DNA of 64,000 bases, from the NCBI GenBank assembly GCA_964455085.1, contig CAYVYJ010000003.1:7364-71363 (forward strand). The letters run 5' to 3'. Source of the DNA: an uncultured Planctomycetia bacterium. GTDB taxonomy: Bacteria; Omnitrophota; Gorgyraeia; Duberdicusellales; 4484-171. The notes under the pieces are model-generated. The model saw nothing but the letters and a program-made list of their open reading frames with translations. It did not search any database and was not told the origin of the DNA. Of the stretch, positions 49,505-59,596 are shown piece after piece. The translations under genes were made by a program, and so were the position numbers. Each line of letters opens with the position of its first letter. The first letter of the stretch is position 1.

Positions 49505-50722
49505 TTAACTGGTTTCCCGAATTTCTGTGGGGAGTCCGATCCTATTCAGTAATTCAATAAAGGGATCAGGATCTAGCTCCTCAACATTAACCATAGCTTT
49601 CCTATCCCAGATACCCTTAGCTACCAGTATGGCTGCGGCAACCGGCGGAACACCAGCAGTATAGCAGATAGCTTGAGATTCTACTTCCCTATAACATGCA
49701 GCATGGTCACAGTTATTGTAAATAAAAATTTCTTTATCTTTACCGTCTTTGCTGCCGCGAATTAAGTTTCCGATACAGGTTTTCCCGCTATAGCCAGGTG
49801 CTAAAGAAAGAGGGTCAGGCAAAACAGCCTTTAGAACCTTAAGCGGTACCACCTCAACTCCCTCGGCAGTTGTCACCGGCTTAACCGAAGTCAATCCCAG
49901 TTTAGTAAGGACCGTAAAAATATTTATATAGTGGTCGCTAAAACCCATCCAGAACCGGATGCTGTTGGCATCGATATTCTTGGATAAGGAGTGAATTTCA
50001 TCGTGACCACTTAAATAGACTGTCTGTTCGCCGACTACCGGAAAATCATAAATTCTCTTTATTGAATGGATTTTGTTGGCTACCCATTTTCGATTAATCC
50101 AAGACCAGGCTTTTATAAATTCGCGGAAATTTATTTCCGGATCAAAGTTAGTTGCGAAATATTTACCGTGTTCTCCGGCATTAACGTCCATTATGTCAAT
50201 TGTATCAATAGTATCAAAATGATGTTTAACAGCAAGCGCAGAGTAGGCATTTACAACTCCGGGGTCAAACCCTACGCCAAGAATAACGGTAATCCCTTTT
50301 TCTTGGCAGATGTCCTTACGTTTCCATTCATAGTTTGCATACCAGGGGGGATCCTCACAAGGCTTATCCGGTTCCTCATGGACTGCGGTATCCATGTAGG
50401 CGACACCAGCCTGGATACAAGCCTCAAGCAGTGATTTGTTTACGTAGGCAGTAGCGAGATTAATTACGATCTGGGAGTTAGTTTCCTTTATCAGTTTTAC
50501 TGTAGCCGGGATATCGTAGACATCTATCTGGCGCGAGTAAAGTTTTTTAGTTTTATCCTTTAAGCTACTCCTTCGTTTAATGCTTTCGATGATCGCATCA
50601 CACTTATGCTGCTTTCTTGATGCAATACAGATATCACCTAAGAGATCATTGTTTTGTGCGCACTTATGCCCTGCCACATGAGCAACCCCACCAGCACCGA
50701 TAATCAACACATTTTTTTTCAT
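49505..50722 (-). CDS. Carboxy(nor)spermidine dehydrogenase (saccharopine dehydrogenase family, CASDH)
   Basis: IGAGGV, YMDTA, GFDPG, FATNFDPEIN, YTAGVP; adjacent to nspC. Confidence 0.9.
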   Translation of the reverse strand: MKKNVLIIGAGGVAHVAGHKCAQNNDLLGDICIASRKQHKCDAIIESIKRRSSLKDKTKKLYSRQIDVYDIPATVKLIKETNSQIVINLATAYVNKSLLEACIQAGVAYMDTAVHEEPDKPCEDPPWYANYEWKRKDICQEKGITVILGVGFDPGVVNAYSALAVKHHFDTIDTIDIMDVNAGEHGKYFATNFDPEINFREFIKAWSWINRKWVANKIHSIKRIYDFPVVGEQTVYLSGHDEIHSLSKNIDANSIRFWMGFSDHYINIFTVLTKLGLTSVKPVTTAEGVEVVPLKVLKAVLPDPLSLAPGYSGKTCIGNLIRGSKDGKDKEIFIYNNCDHAACYREVESQAICYTAGVPPVAAAILVAKGIWDRKAMVNVEELDPDPFIELLNRIGLPTEIRETS

Positions 50723-50740
50723 TTTAACCTGCCTCCGAAG

Positions 50741-51844
50741 TTAGGATAAACTGTTTTGAAAATCTTTATACCCAAAACGGCGGACTACCTCCAAAGACCT
50801 ATCCAGCCTTTTTACTACAATTGAAGGCATTTTCAAGCCGTTAAACCAATTTTTTTTAACCATTGTATAACCGGCGGCATCAGCAATACGGATCACTTTA
50901 CCCACTTTTAGCCGGGATTTGAATCGGTAAGTACCGAAGATGTCTCCGGCCAAACAAGACCGCCCGGCAATCATATATTTAAACCGGCCCTGACCGGAAG
51001 TTTTTATCTTGGCACTCTGGCCATAAACTAACAAGTCTAACATGTGGGCTTCGGTTGAAGAATCAACTATGGCAATATTAATTTCATTATCAACGATATC
51101 TAATACTTTAGTCACCAGTTCAGCCGAGTCAATAATCGTAGCTTCTCCCGGTTCCAGATAAACCTGAACCCCAAATCGACTTTGAAACTCTTTTAGCAAT
51201 TTCCAAAATTTTTCGATTGGATAACCTTTTTTGGTAAAATAAATCCCACCGCCAAGGCTTACCCAGTTCAAAGTCTTTAACAAATCTCCGTAGTCGCGGC
51301 TAATTTTATTCAAATTCATGGCAAAATTTTTAAAATTATCGTTTTCACAGTTAAAATGGAACATCACTCCTTTAATTAAAGGTGCTACCTTAAGCAGCAA
51401 TCTTTTATCAATAATACCCAGTCTTGAGAACTTCCTTGCCGGGTCAGCTAAATCAAAGTGCGAGAAACTAACTTGGGGGTTTACTCTTAATCCTATATCC
51501 AGTGAACTGACCTGACCGTAAAACATCTTCAATTGTGATATCGAATTAAAAATTATTTTATCAGCGTATGGTTTGACTTTGTTTATCTCATTCTTCGAGA
51601 AAGCTACACTGTAGGCATGGATTTCTTTGCCGAATTTTTCTTTTCCCAAACGGGCCTCATACAAAGAACTACTGGTTGTGCCATCCAGATATTTACTGAT
51701 TAGACCGAAAACCGACCAGGTGGAAAAACACTTCAGGGCTAACAACGATTTTACCCCGGATTGTTCCCGGATGTACTTTATTATTTTTAGATTTCTTAAT
51801 AATTTACTTTCCTGAATTAAATAGTAGGGTGTTGGTAAAATCAT
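50741..51844 (-). CDS. nspC: Carboxy(nor)spermidine decarboxylase
   Basis: TPYY, LALKCFS, SSLYEA, LRVNP, SRLG, EPGEA, SCLAGD, YTMVKKNWFNG. Confidence 0.93.
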   Translation of the reverse strand: MILPTPYYLIQESKLLRNLKIIKYIREQSGVKSLLALKCFSTWSVFGLISKYLDGTTSSSLYEARLGKEKFGKEIHAYSVAFSKNEINKVKPYADKIIFNSISQLKMFYGQVSSLDIGLRVNPQVSFSHFDLADPARKFSRLGIIDKRLLLKVAPLIKGVMFHFNCENDNFKNFAMNLNKISRDYGDLLKTLNWVSLGGGIYFTKKGYPIEKFWKLLKEFQSRFGVQVYLEPGEATIIDSAELVTKVLDIVDNEINIAIVDSSTEAHMLDLLVYGQSAKIKTSGQGRFKYMIAGRSCLAGDIFGTYRFKSRLKVGKVIRIADAAGYTMVKKNWFNGLKMPSIVVKRLDRSLEVVRRFGYKDFQNSLS

Positions 51845-51876
51845 AATTTAACCACCTCCTAAGTAAACTTTGGGCT

Positions 51877-51905
51877 ATATTAGCAATATTTAATTATTAT
51901 GGCAA
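51877..51905 (-). promoter_or_regulatory. Sigma70 promoter of nspC-CASDH
   Basis: Minus strand TTGCCA-17 nt-TAATAT with TG; AGGAGGTG SD follows. Confidence 0.6.
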
Positions 51906-51975
51906 GGCTTTTTTCATAAATTGCTTGAGAATCATCCTTATTTCTGTTAAAATCGGGCTGGTATTATAACGGTTA

Positions 51976-52048
51976 GCCGAGGTGGCTCAGTTGGTAGAGC
52001 AGGGCATTCGTAATGCTCAGGCCGAGAGTTCGATTCTCTCCCTCGGCT
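51976..52048 (+). tRNA. tRNA-Thr(CGT)
   Basis: GCCGAGG/CCTCGGC acceptor; GGGCA-TT-CGT-AA-TGCTC anticodon arm; promoter-like TTGAGA-17 nt-TAAAAT at 51925-51953. Confidence 0.93.
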
Positions 52049-52096
52049 TAATTAAGAAAGCACCTAAGTTACAAAGGCGTAACCCCGAAAACCACG

Positions 52097-53350
52097 ATGG
52101 TTTTAAAATACATTAAGATTCTGACTCGACGGAACTTTTTCCTCCTTTGGTTTGGCCAGATTATCTCCCAATTCGGAGACCGGCTCACCCAGATAGCCTT
52201 AGTCGGCTTAGTCTCCCAGATCTCCATGTCATCTTCACGTTTAGCCTTGGTAATGAGTATGGCCATAATCCCGGTGTTTATCGTTTCGCCTATCTCGGGG
52301 GTCTATATTGATCGCTGGAGCAAGCGAAAGACTATGTACATCAGTGACTTCTTAAGAGGGATTTTTATATTGCTGATCCCTTTCTTTTTCTTAAAGCTTA
52401 AATCATTTATCGCAATCTATGTCCTTATTTTTCTCTCCTTTAGCGCTGGAAGGTTTTTTATCCCGGCTAAAATGGCCTTTATTCCTAAAGTCTCTAAAAA
52501 AGAAGATATTTTCCTGGCTAATTCCCTGATTTCGATAACTGCTACCATTGCTGCGGTTATCGGCTTTGGCCTGGGAGGAATTATTGTGGAGAAGTGGGGT
52601 ATTAATGCTGCCTTTAGCCTCGATGCAACTACCTTTTTCATCTCTTGTTTAGCCGTGTTTTTTATCAGTACCAGGGAAAAAGGAGACTTTAAGGTACAAG
52701 ATATTTTATACCTGGGAAAGAATGTGGTTAGTGGGGTCAAGCAATCATTTATCTGGGAATTTCGGGAGGGAATAAAATATATCTTCAACTCCCACGAGAC
52801 AAAATATGCTTTTAAGATGTTCCTGTTTATTTTCTCCTATATTGGCGGATTATATGTTGTCTTTATTCGCTTTATTCAAAGGGTCTTATCTTCTCTGACT
52901 ACTGATTTAGGCTTTATTACTGTATCTTTAGGCCTGGGTATCTTTTTAGGCTCTTTAATTTACGGACGAATTGCCCATAAATTCTTGGTAAAAAAAGTTA
53001 TAAGTCTGTCTCTTTTTCTTACTTCACTTTATCTGATATTCTTTGTTCTAGTACTACGGGCTTACCCTCAAACCCTTTATGCCATTGGTTTGGCCTTTAT
53101 TCTGGGAATGATAACCTCTCCGGTATTTGTAGGAGTGAATGCTTTAATCCATAAGGAGAGCGATGAAAAAGTATTGGGAAGGATTTTCAGCGGATTAGAA
53201 TTCACCTCGCACTTAGGATTTTTGCTATCAATGTTTATCTGCTCAGCCTTGGCAGATTTCTTCAATCCCTTTACAATCATTATCTCACTTGGTATAATTG
53301 GCTTTTTCTTATCAACCATATCGCTATTTACCCATGATCAAAGTAACTGA
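52097..53350 (+). CDS. MFS transporter (DHA3-like)
   Basis: LWFGQIISQFGD, GVYIDRWSKRK motif A; about 12 TM helices. Confidence 0.9.
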   Translation: MVLKYIKILTRRNFFLLWFGQIISQFGDRLTQIALVGLVSQISMSSSRLALVMSMAIIPVFIVSPISGVYIDRWSKRKTMYISDFLRGIFILLIPFFFLKLKSFIAIYVLIFLSFSAGRFFIPAKMAFIPKVSKKEDIFLANSLISITATIAAVIGFGLGGIIVEKWGINAAFSLDATTFFISCLAVFFISTREKGDFKVQDILYLGKNVVSGVKQSFIWEFREGIKYIFNSHETKYAFKMFLFIFSYIGGLYVVFIRFIQRVLSSLTTDLGFITVSLGLGIFLGSLIYGRIAHKFLVKKVISLSLFLTSLYLIFFVLVLRAYPQTLYAIGLAFILGMITSPVFVGVNALIHKESDEKVLGRIFSGLEFTSHLGFLLSMFICSALADFFNPFTIIISLGIIGFFLSTISLFTHDQSN

Positions 53351-54620
53351 ATACAAAGAACCTCAACATAACTTGAAGAGTGAAAAGTTTTTCGCACCCA
53401 GCAAGCTCTATTTACCCTTGTCCCAACATACGGGAAGCCCCTCTTCACTTTGCGTACAGAAAAATGACCTGGTCTCAGAAGGTATGCTCCTGGCCAAAGA
53501 AGATGGATTCATCTCGACCCAGCTGCACGCACCCAGAAGCGGAAAAATAGTCGATATTACTAACTGGTATCACCCGATATTAAAACAGGCGCCAGCAATT
53601 GTGCTTAAGACCGATGATGAACTAAAAAAATATTCCCTTAGCCGGGATCCAGCAACCCTTGGGAACGATGAACTGTTGGCGATTATTAAAAATAGCGGCT
53701 TGGTTGGTATGGGAGGAGGTGCTTTTCCCACTCATGCCAAATTAGATTCCGCCAAAGAAATCGATACCCTGATAATCAATGGCTGTGAGTGTGAACCCTA
53801 TTTAGCCTGTGATTACCGCTTAATGATTGAGAATGCTACTGAGATATTTAAAGCTATTGGAATAATCTCGAAATTAGTTAATCCCAAGGAAGTAATTTTT
53901 GCAGTCGAGAAAAATAAACCCCAAGCAATAAAAAAACTAAACCTTCATATTAATACTAAGAATTTTGATTCTTCGCCGATAAAACTGTTTATTTTACCTA
54001 CTGCTTATCCCCAAGGAGAGGAGAAGTGGCTGATTCAGGCTACAACCGCTAAAAAAGTCGGGCCGGAAAAACTCCCGCTTGATGTCGGTTGTCTAGTCCT
54101 TAATGTTGCAACCTGCTTTGCGATCTACGAAGCAGTTTATCTTGATAAACCTCTAATTGAAAGACTGGTTAGTTTTTGCGGCGACGCTCTGAGGATTCCT
54201 AAGAATATCTGGGTTAAAATCGGAACTACTCTCCGGGAACTTTTTGAGGCAAAAGTTTTAGAATTTATAAAGGAACCTAAGCGGGTTATTTGCGGCGGGC
54301 CGATGATGGGAATTGCGCTTGATAGCTTAGATTATCCGATTTTAAAAGGGAGCGGTGGTTTTCTCTTTTTGAAGGAGGAGGAGCTTGAAGCAGGAGAGGA
54401 ACCCTGTATTCGTTGCAGCCGTTGTGTCGACGTCTGTCCAATGAATCTTCTACCGCTTGAGTATGTGAAAAGGGTGAAGAAAGATGAATTTGCTTCTTTA
54501 GCCGATTTTAATATTATTGATTGCACCGAGTGTGGTTGCTGCAGTTATGTTTGTCCAGGAAAAATACCGATTACTCACTATATAAAAACCGGGAAAAAAT
54601 ATGGTCTTAACAATAACTAA
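53334..54620 (+). CDS. rnfC: Rnf complex subunit C
   Basis: PLSQHTG, GMGGGAFPT, NGCECEPYL, GGPMMG and two CxxCxxC clusters; ATG 53334 chosen. Confidence 0.93.
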   Translation: MIKVTEYKEPQHNLKSEKFFAPSKLYLPLSQHTGSPSSLCVQKNDLVSEGMLLAKEDGFISTQLHAPRSGKIVDITNWYHPILKQAPAIVLKTDDELKKYSLSRDPATLGNDELLAIIKNSGLVGMGGGAFPTHAKLDSAKEIDTLIINGCECEPYLACDYRLMIENATEIFKAIGIISKLVNPKEVIFAVEKNKPQAIKKLNLHINTKNFDSSPIKLFILPTAYPQGEEKWLIQATTAKKVGPEKLPLDVGCLVLNVATCFAIYEAVYLDKPLIERLVSFCGDALRIPKNIWVKIGTTLRELFEAKVLEFIKEPKRVICGGPMMGIALDSLDYPILKGSGGFLFLKEEELEAGEEPCIRCSRCVDVCPMNLLPLEYVKRVKKDEFASLADFNIIDCTECGCCSYVCPGKIPITHYIKTGKKYGLNNN

Positions 54621-55539
54621 CCCTCCCCATTTAAAGTCAACTCTCAATACACCTTTCCTGATGCGGCAGGTTATAATTGCCTTATTGCCAGCTGTAGCTG
54701 CTTCACTATATTTCTTTGGAGCAAGGGCAGTGCTGCTGATTGCAAACTGCATACTGAGTGCAGTAATTACTGAAAAAATAATTTTAAGCTTACGAAAACG
54801 GCCCTCAGCAATCAGCGACTATAGCGCTGTTTTAACTGGTTTACTCCTGGCCCTTATTTTACCGCCTTCTATAGCCTGGTACGGGGCAACTCTTGGTTCA
54901 GCAGTAGCGATTATTATCGGCAAACATATCTTTGGCGGATTAGGGGCAAATATCTTTAATCCAGCCTTAATCGGCCGGGCCTTTCTTATGGCAGCTTACC
55001 CGGAGATGCTTACTACTTTTATAAAACCAAATTCAATCAATGCCCTAACCTCAGCTACACCCTTGGTTTTGAGGAAATTCAACCAAGTAATAACTCCCGA
55101 TTTAACGCTCTTTTTGGGGAAGGTTTCAGGAAGTTTGGGTGAGACCTCGGCAATTTGCTTAATTATCGGAGGCTTATACCTTTTAATCAGAAAAATTGCT
55201 GACTGGCGCATCCCCTTAAGTCTCCTCCTTACCACTACAATTATTTCCGGGGTGTTTTATTTAATTGATCCTGGATCGGGTTCGGTCTTCTTCCATCTCT
55301 TTGGCGGCGGACTTCTGCTCGGAGCCTTTTTTATGGCCGCTGACCCGGTAACCACGCCAACCACAAAAAAAGGCCGATACTTTTTTGGTCTTGGTTGCGG
55401 AATATTAATAATGGTAATACGATACTTTAGCGGTTTGCCGGAAGGCGTGATGTATGCAATCCTGTTTATGAATGCATTAACTCCTTTAATCAACCGCTAC
55501 ACAAAACCAAGGAGATTCGGGTATGCGAGAAGTAGTTAA
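54601..55539 (+). CDS. rnfD: Rnf complex subunit D
   Basis: PPH, FGGLGANIFNPA, TSATPL flavinylation motif, GSLGETS, DPVTTP. Confidence 0.95.
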   Translation: MVLTITNPPHLKSTLNTPFLMRQVIIALLPAVAASLYFFGARAVLLIANCILSAVITEKIILSLRKRPSAISDYSAVLTGLLLALILPPSIAWYGATLGSAVAIIIGKHIFGGLGANIFNPALIGRAFLMAAYPEMLTTFIKPNSINALTSATPLVLRKFNQVITPDLTLFLGKVSGSLGETSAICLIIGGLYLLIRKIADWRIPLSLLLTTTIISGVFYLIDPGSGSVFFHLFGGGLLLGAFFMAADPVTTPTTKKGRYFFGLGCGILIMVIRYFSGLPEGVMYAILFMNALTPLINRYTKPRRFGYARSS

Positions 55540-56089
55540 AATAACCTCGGTATTAACTACAGTTTGTCTGGTCTGTGCTTTTTTACTTTCCTTTGTCTGG
55601 GGGCTATCCCATAAAAAGATTGCTTTTAATGCTGAAAGAAGAGTGGAGGAAGCCTTGTCGATTCTAGCCCCCCAAGCAGCCGAAATAAGGGAGGCTCATA
55701 TCGACGAGGAGCTGATATACAAACTTTTTGATCAAAATGAAAGTCTAATCGCTTATGCTTTTATAGCTTCCGGCCAAGGCTATCAAGGAAAAATCAAAAT
55801 GCTGGTAGTAGCGGAGGCAAGCTTAAACCGTCTGGTGGGTATTGAAGTAGTAGAGTCTTTGGAAACTCCCGGATTAGGGGCAAAAATACAAGAGGATTTC
55901 TTTAAGCAACAATTTGCCAATTTAAGTTTAAAAGGCGAGATTGTCTGCCGAAAAGGTGTACTTGATGGGCCGGGGCAGATAAAAGCGATTACCGGGGCAA
56001 CTGTTTCTTCCCAGGCTGTAGTCAATATCTTGAACCAACGCCTTAAGCAAATACGGGAAGTAATTAAGGCCGAGAGGAAGTTAGAATGA
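55523..56089 (+). CDS. rnfG: Rnf complex subunit G
   Basis: TM anchor, GYQGKI, ETPGLG, ITGATVSS FMN-binding motif. Confidence 0.93.
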   Translation: MREVVKITSVLTTVCLVCAFLLSFVWGLSHKKIAFNAERRVEEALSILAPQAAEIREAHIDEELIYKLFDQNESLIAYAFIASGQGYQGKIKMLVVAEASLNRLVGIEVVESLETPGLGAKIQEDFFKQQFANLSLKGEIVCRKGVLDGPGQIKAITGATVSSQAVVNILNQRLKQIREVIKAERKLE

Positions 56090-57606
56090 AACTCTTTGTT
56101 GAAACCAGCGCCTCAATGAAAAAAACAAAATTTATCGCCATAATCATAATCCTGTCGGCACTGCTTTATGCCAACTCCCTTAACGGTGATTTTGTTTCCG
56201 ATGATATTGGTTCTATTCGTGATAACCCCTCAATAGATAAATTTTCTGGTTTGAATTTAAGTGCAATCTTTAATTGGGTTGGCTATAAAATTTCCGGTCT
56301 CAACCCTTTTGCGCATCATTTAAGTAATCTTATCCTTCACGCAGCCTGTTCAGTCTTGGTCTTTTATATTCTTCTGGGTTTTTTCAGTCTCTGGCCTAGC
56401 TTCTTAGCCACACTTCTTTTTGTAGCTCACCCGGTACACACTGAAACTATTGCCTGGATTTCCGGAAAAGCCTACGCATTCTCAGCGCTTTTAATTTTTG
56501 CTTCTTTTCTTCTTTACCGCCGGGCTACCAGTCAAGATAAGCTAAAACCTTATGCCTATTTATTTTCGATTATCCTTTGTAACCCTTTTCATGCTTACTG
56601 GTATCTGGGAGTCTATCCGGCCATGATCATCCTTTATGATTTTACTTATCGCCGGGTAAAGAAAAACTGGCCCTACTGGATACCCTATATTGGATTAGTT
56701 ACAGTCTGGGTAATCAAGCGGATTATGGCGATTACTCAAAGAATTGATGTTTTAAGTTCGCCGACAATAATTGGCACCAATAACCTCATTTACAAATTAG
56801 CCTTTTCTTTCTTCTCGCACTTAAAATTACTACTTTGGCCCGGTCGATTAACTCTCTACCATGAACCAACTACCATTACCCAAGAATTACTTCTGGTTGA
56901 GATAATTGCTATTGGTGCAATTATTTGTTTTCTACCCTTTCTTTTTAAGCGGGCTAAGGAACTTTTCTTTGCTTTGGGAATATATGTTCTCTTTCTGGCT
57001 CCTACCTACAGTCCGATCTTAATCAGCTGGACTATTGCTGAGCGCTATCTCTATGTCCCCTCAGTGGGATTTTTTATCTTTATTGCTTTCATAATCGAAA
57101 ACTATTACCGACGGCCAAAGGCAAAAATCATCATTGCCATCCTAATGGTCTTGACTATCGGAACTTATTCAATAAGGACAATTATCCGAAACAACGACTG
57201 GAGCAGCCGAGCAAATCTCTGGCGGGCCACGGTTAGAGTCTCTCCCTTAAGCGCTAAGGCTCACAACAATATGGGCGATATTTATACCGTCGAAGGTGAT
57301 TTAGTGCGGGCTGCTGATGCCTTTAAATACGCAATAAAACTTAATCCTAACTACGCTGAAGCTTATCATAATCTTGGCACTACTTATGGCAAGCTGAACC
57401 AAATTAAGCTGGCAGCAAAATTTTACAAAAAAGCGCTATCTTTAGCGCCGTCACTCTATCAATCACATCAAAATCTCGGTGCGATTTATTTTAATCGGGG
57501 AGATTTCGGTCTGGCTAAAAAGCATCTGAGCCAAGCTTTAAAGTTTCTTCCCCAAGATTCGCCTAACCGAGCTGTGATTTTGAATGCTTTGGAAAGAATA
57601 CCTTAA
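56086..57606 (+). CDS. TMTC-like (GT-C fold) membrane glycosyltransferase with C-terminal TPRs
   Basis: FVSDD loop, HPVHTETIAWISGK, AERYLY, multiple TM helices and 3-4 TPRs; alternative start ATG 56116. Confidence 0.8.
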   Translation: MKLFVETSASMKKTKFIAIIIILSALLYANSLNGDFVSDDIGSIRDNPSIDKFSGLNLSAIFNWVGYKISGLNPFAHHLSNLILHAACSVLVFYILLGFFSLWPSFLATLLFVAHPVHTETIAWISGKAYAFSALLIFASFLLYRRATSQDKLKPYAYLFSIILCNPFHAYWYLGVYPAMIILYDFTYRRVKKNWPYWIPYIGLVTVWVIKRIMAITQRIDVLSSPTIIGTNNLIYKLAFSFFSHLKLLLWPGRLTLYHEPTTITQELLLVEIIAIGAIICFLPFLFKRAKELFFALGIYVLFLAPTYSPILISWTIAERYLYVPSVGFFIFIAFIIENYYRRPKAKIIIAILMVLTIGTYSIRTIIRNNDWSSRANLWRATVRVSPLSAKAHNNMGDIYTVEGDLVRAADAFKYAIKLNPNYAEAYHNLGTTYGKLNQIKLAAKFYKKALSLAPSLYQSHQNLGAIYFNRGDFGLAKKHLSQALKFLPQDSPNRAVILNALERIP

Positions 57607-57624
57607 ACTTAGAATAAACTGTAG

Positions 57625-58200
57625 ATGAAAGATTTTATTAAAGGATTATGGATGGATCATCCGGTATTTCGCCAGCTCCTTGGCATGTGTCCAACTCTGG
57701 CCGTAACTACCTCGGCGATAAATGGACTCTCCATGGGCTTAGCTGTAATCTTTGTCTTATTCTTTTCATCATTAGTAGTTGCCTTGATTAAAAAAATAGT
57801 TCCGCACCAGGTACGGATTGCCGTCTACACTGTAATTATTGCTACTTTTGTTACCATTGTCGACTTATTCTTAAAAGCTCAGTTTCCCGAAATTAGCCGC
57901 AACCTGGGGCCTTACGTGCCTTTAATTGTGGTTAACTGCATTATCCTGGGTCGCTGCGAAGCTTTTGCCTCAAAAAGCAGTGTCTTAAACTCCTTAGGTG
58001 ATGCTTTAGGTATGGGAATCGGATTTAGCTGGGGGCTATTTATTCTGGGTTCGATTCGCGAGGTTTTAGGCGCCGGGAGTATCCTGGGAATAAAACTGAT
58101 GCCGGCAAATTATCCCCATTTAATTGTAATGATTCTTCCGGCCGGAGCATTTTTAGTCTTAGGCCTTTTAGTGGCACTAATGAATAAAATTGAAAGCTAA
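57625..58200 (+). CDS. rnfE: Rnf complex subunit E
   Basis: LGMCPTLAVT, PLIVVNCIILGR, ILPAGAF. Confidence 0.95.
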   Translation: MKDFIKGLWMDHPVFRQLLGMCPTLAVTTSAINGLSMGLAVIFVLFFSSLVVALIKKIVPHQVRIAVYTVIIATFVTIVDLFLKAQFPEISRNLGPYVPLIVVNCIILGRCEAFASKSSVLNSLGDALGMGIGFSWGLFILGSIREVLGAGSILGIKLMPANYPHLIVMILPAGAFLVLGLLVALMNKIES

Positions 58201-58202
58201 AT

Positions 58203-58784
58203 ATGACTGATTTAATTTTAATATTTATCTCAACCCTTTTAATAAACAATCTTGTTTTATCCTATTTTTTAGGGATTTGTCCCTTTCTGGGAGTTTCCGG
58301 AAAAATCGAGTCGGCTTGTGGTATGGGTATGGCGGTTACTTTTGTAATGACCCTAGCCACCAGTATTAGCTGGTTAATCTACAACCTGATTTTAGTTAAA
58401 TTTGGCCTATTGTTCCTGGAATATGTGGTCTTCATCTTAGTTATTGCTTCCTTAGTTCAAATTGTGGAGATGTTCATCCGTAAGTACTCTAACCAGCTTT
58501 ACCAGGCCTTAGGAATATACCTTCCCTTGATTACCACTAATTGCGCAATCCTGGGTGCTGCCCTTTTTATGGTAACCAGAAATTATAACTTTCTGGAAGC
58601 AGTTGTTTTTGGTTTCTCCGGCGGCCTAGGATTTTCTCTGGTTTTGATGATTATGGCTGGAATCAGGGAAGAGGCAAGTTATGCTGATATTCCCGGTGTA
58701 TTTAAGGGAGCTTCTCTAACCTTAATTACTGCTGGTTTACTGGCACTTATATTTATGGGTTTTTCCGGTTTAATTGCCTCCTAA
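58203..58784 (+). CDS. rnfA: Rnf complex subunit A
   Basis: FLGICPFLGVS, LPLITTNCAILG, GIRE, FMGF. Confidence 0.95.
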   Translation: MTDLILIFISTLLINNLVLSYFLGICPFLGVSGKIESACGMGMAVTFVMTLATSISWLIYNLILVKFGLLFLEYVVFILVIASLVQIVEMFIRKYSNQLYQALGIYLPLITTNCAILGAALFMVTRNYNFLEAVVFGFSGGLGFSLVLMIMAGIREEASYADIPGVFKGASLTLITAGLLALIFMGFSGLIAS

Positions 58785-58785
58785 A

Positions 58786-59595
58786 ATGGAAAAAATTACA
58801 ATTGCTATCGTTGTTTTGGGAATAACTGGTTTCTTGTTTTCACTACTCCTGGCTCTCTTAAGCAAGAAGCTAAAAGTAGCTGAAAATCCTCAGACTGCAA
58901 AAATCCTGGATTTGCTTCCCGGTTTAAATTGCGGCGCCTGCGGTTTTAGCGGCTGTCGAGCCTATGCTCAAGCTGTAGCCGCAGAATGTAATGTCTTCTC
59001 TGGCTGCCTTCCAGCAGGAGCAGAAGTCAACAAGCAAATTGCCGAAATGTTGGGATTAATCGGCTGTGTCTCAGCAGATAAACCAGTAGTTATCTGCCAC
59101 TGCGCTGCCAAGGGGGGCGAGAAGAAGTCATCAGCAAACTACATCGGCCCCAATACCTGTAGGGCTGCTGAGATAACCGGAGGTCCAATTGATTGTATTT
59201 ATGGTTGTCTTGGTTTTGGTGATTGTGTAAAAGTCTGTCCAAGGGGAGCACTTACCTTGAAGGAGAAATCGATTGAAGTCAATATTAAAAAATGTAGCGG
59301 CTGTGGAAAGTGTCTGAATATCTGCCCCCGTAAACTCTTTGAAACTGTCCAGCTCACACCAGGTCTTGACCTCTATAATGTTGCCTGCAATAATAAAGAT
59401 CCTGCTTTAGCCGTAAAAAAAGTCTGTGGCCGGGGTTGTATTGGTTGCGGAATCTGTACCCGGGTAGAAGATTCGCCTTATTATTTAAAAAACAATCTCG
59501 CTCTGATCGACTATAGAAAAGCTGAGAAGCTTAAAAGTTTAGAAGCCGGAAAAATAAAGTGCCCGACAAAGTGTATTTTGAGCCAAAGCCGGTGA
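58786..59595 (+). CDS. rnfB: Rnf complex subunit B (polyferredoxin)
   Basis: LPGLNCGACGFSGC, CIYGCLGFGDC, CSGCGKC, CIGCGIC. Confidence 0.93.
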   Translation: MEKITIAIVVLGITGFLFSLLLALLSKKLKVAENPQTAKILDLLPGLNCGACGFSGCRAYAQAVAAECNVFSGCLPAGAEVNKQIAEMLGLIGCVSADKPVVICHCAAKGGEKKSSANYIGPNTCRAAEITGGPIDCIYGCLGFGDCVKVCPRGALTLKEKSIEVNIKKCSGCGKCLNICPRKLFETVQLTPGLDLYNVACNNKDPALAVKKVCGRGCIGCGICTRVEDSPYYLKNNLALIDYRKAEKLKSLEAGKIKCPTKCILSQSR

Positions 59596-59596
59596 T

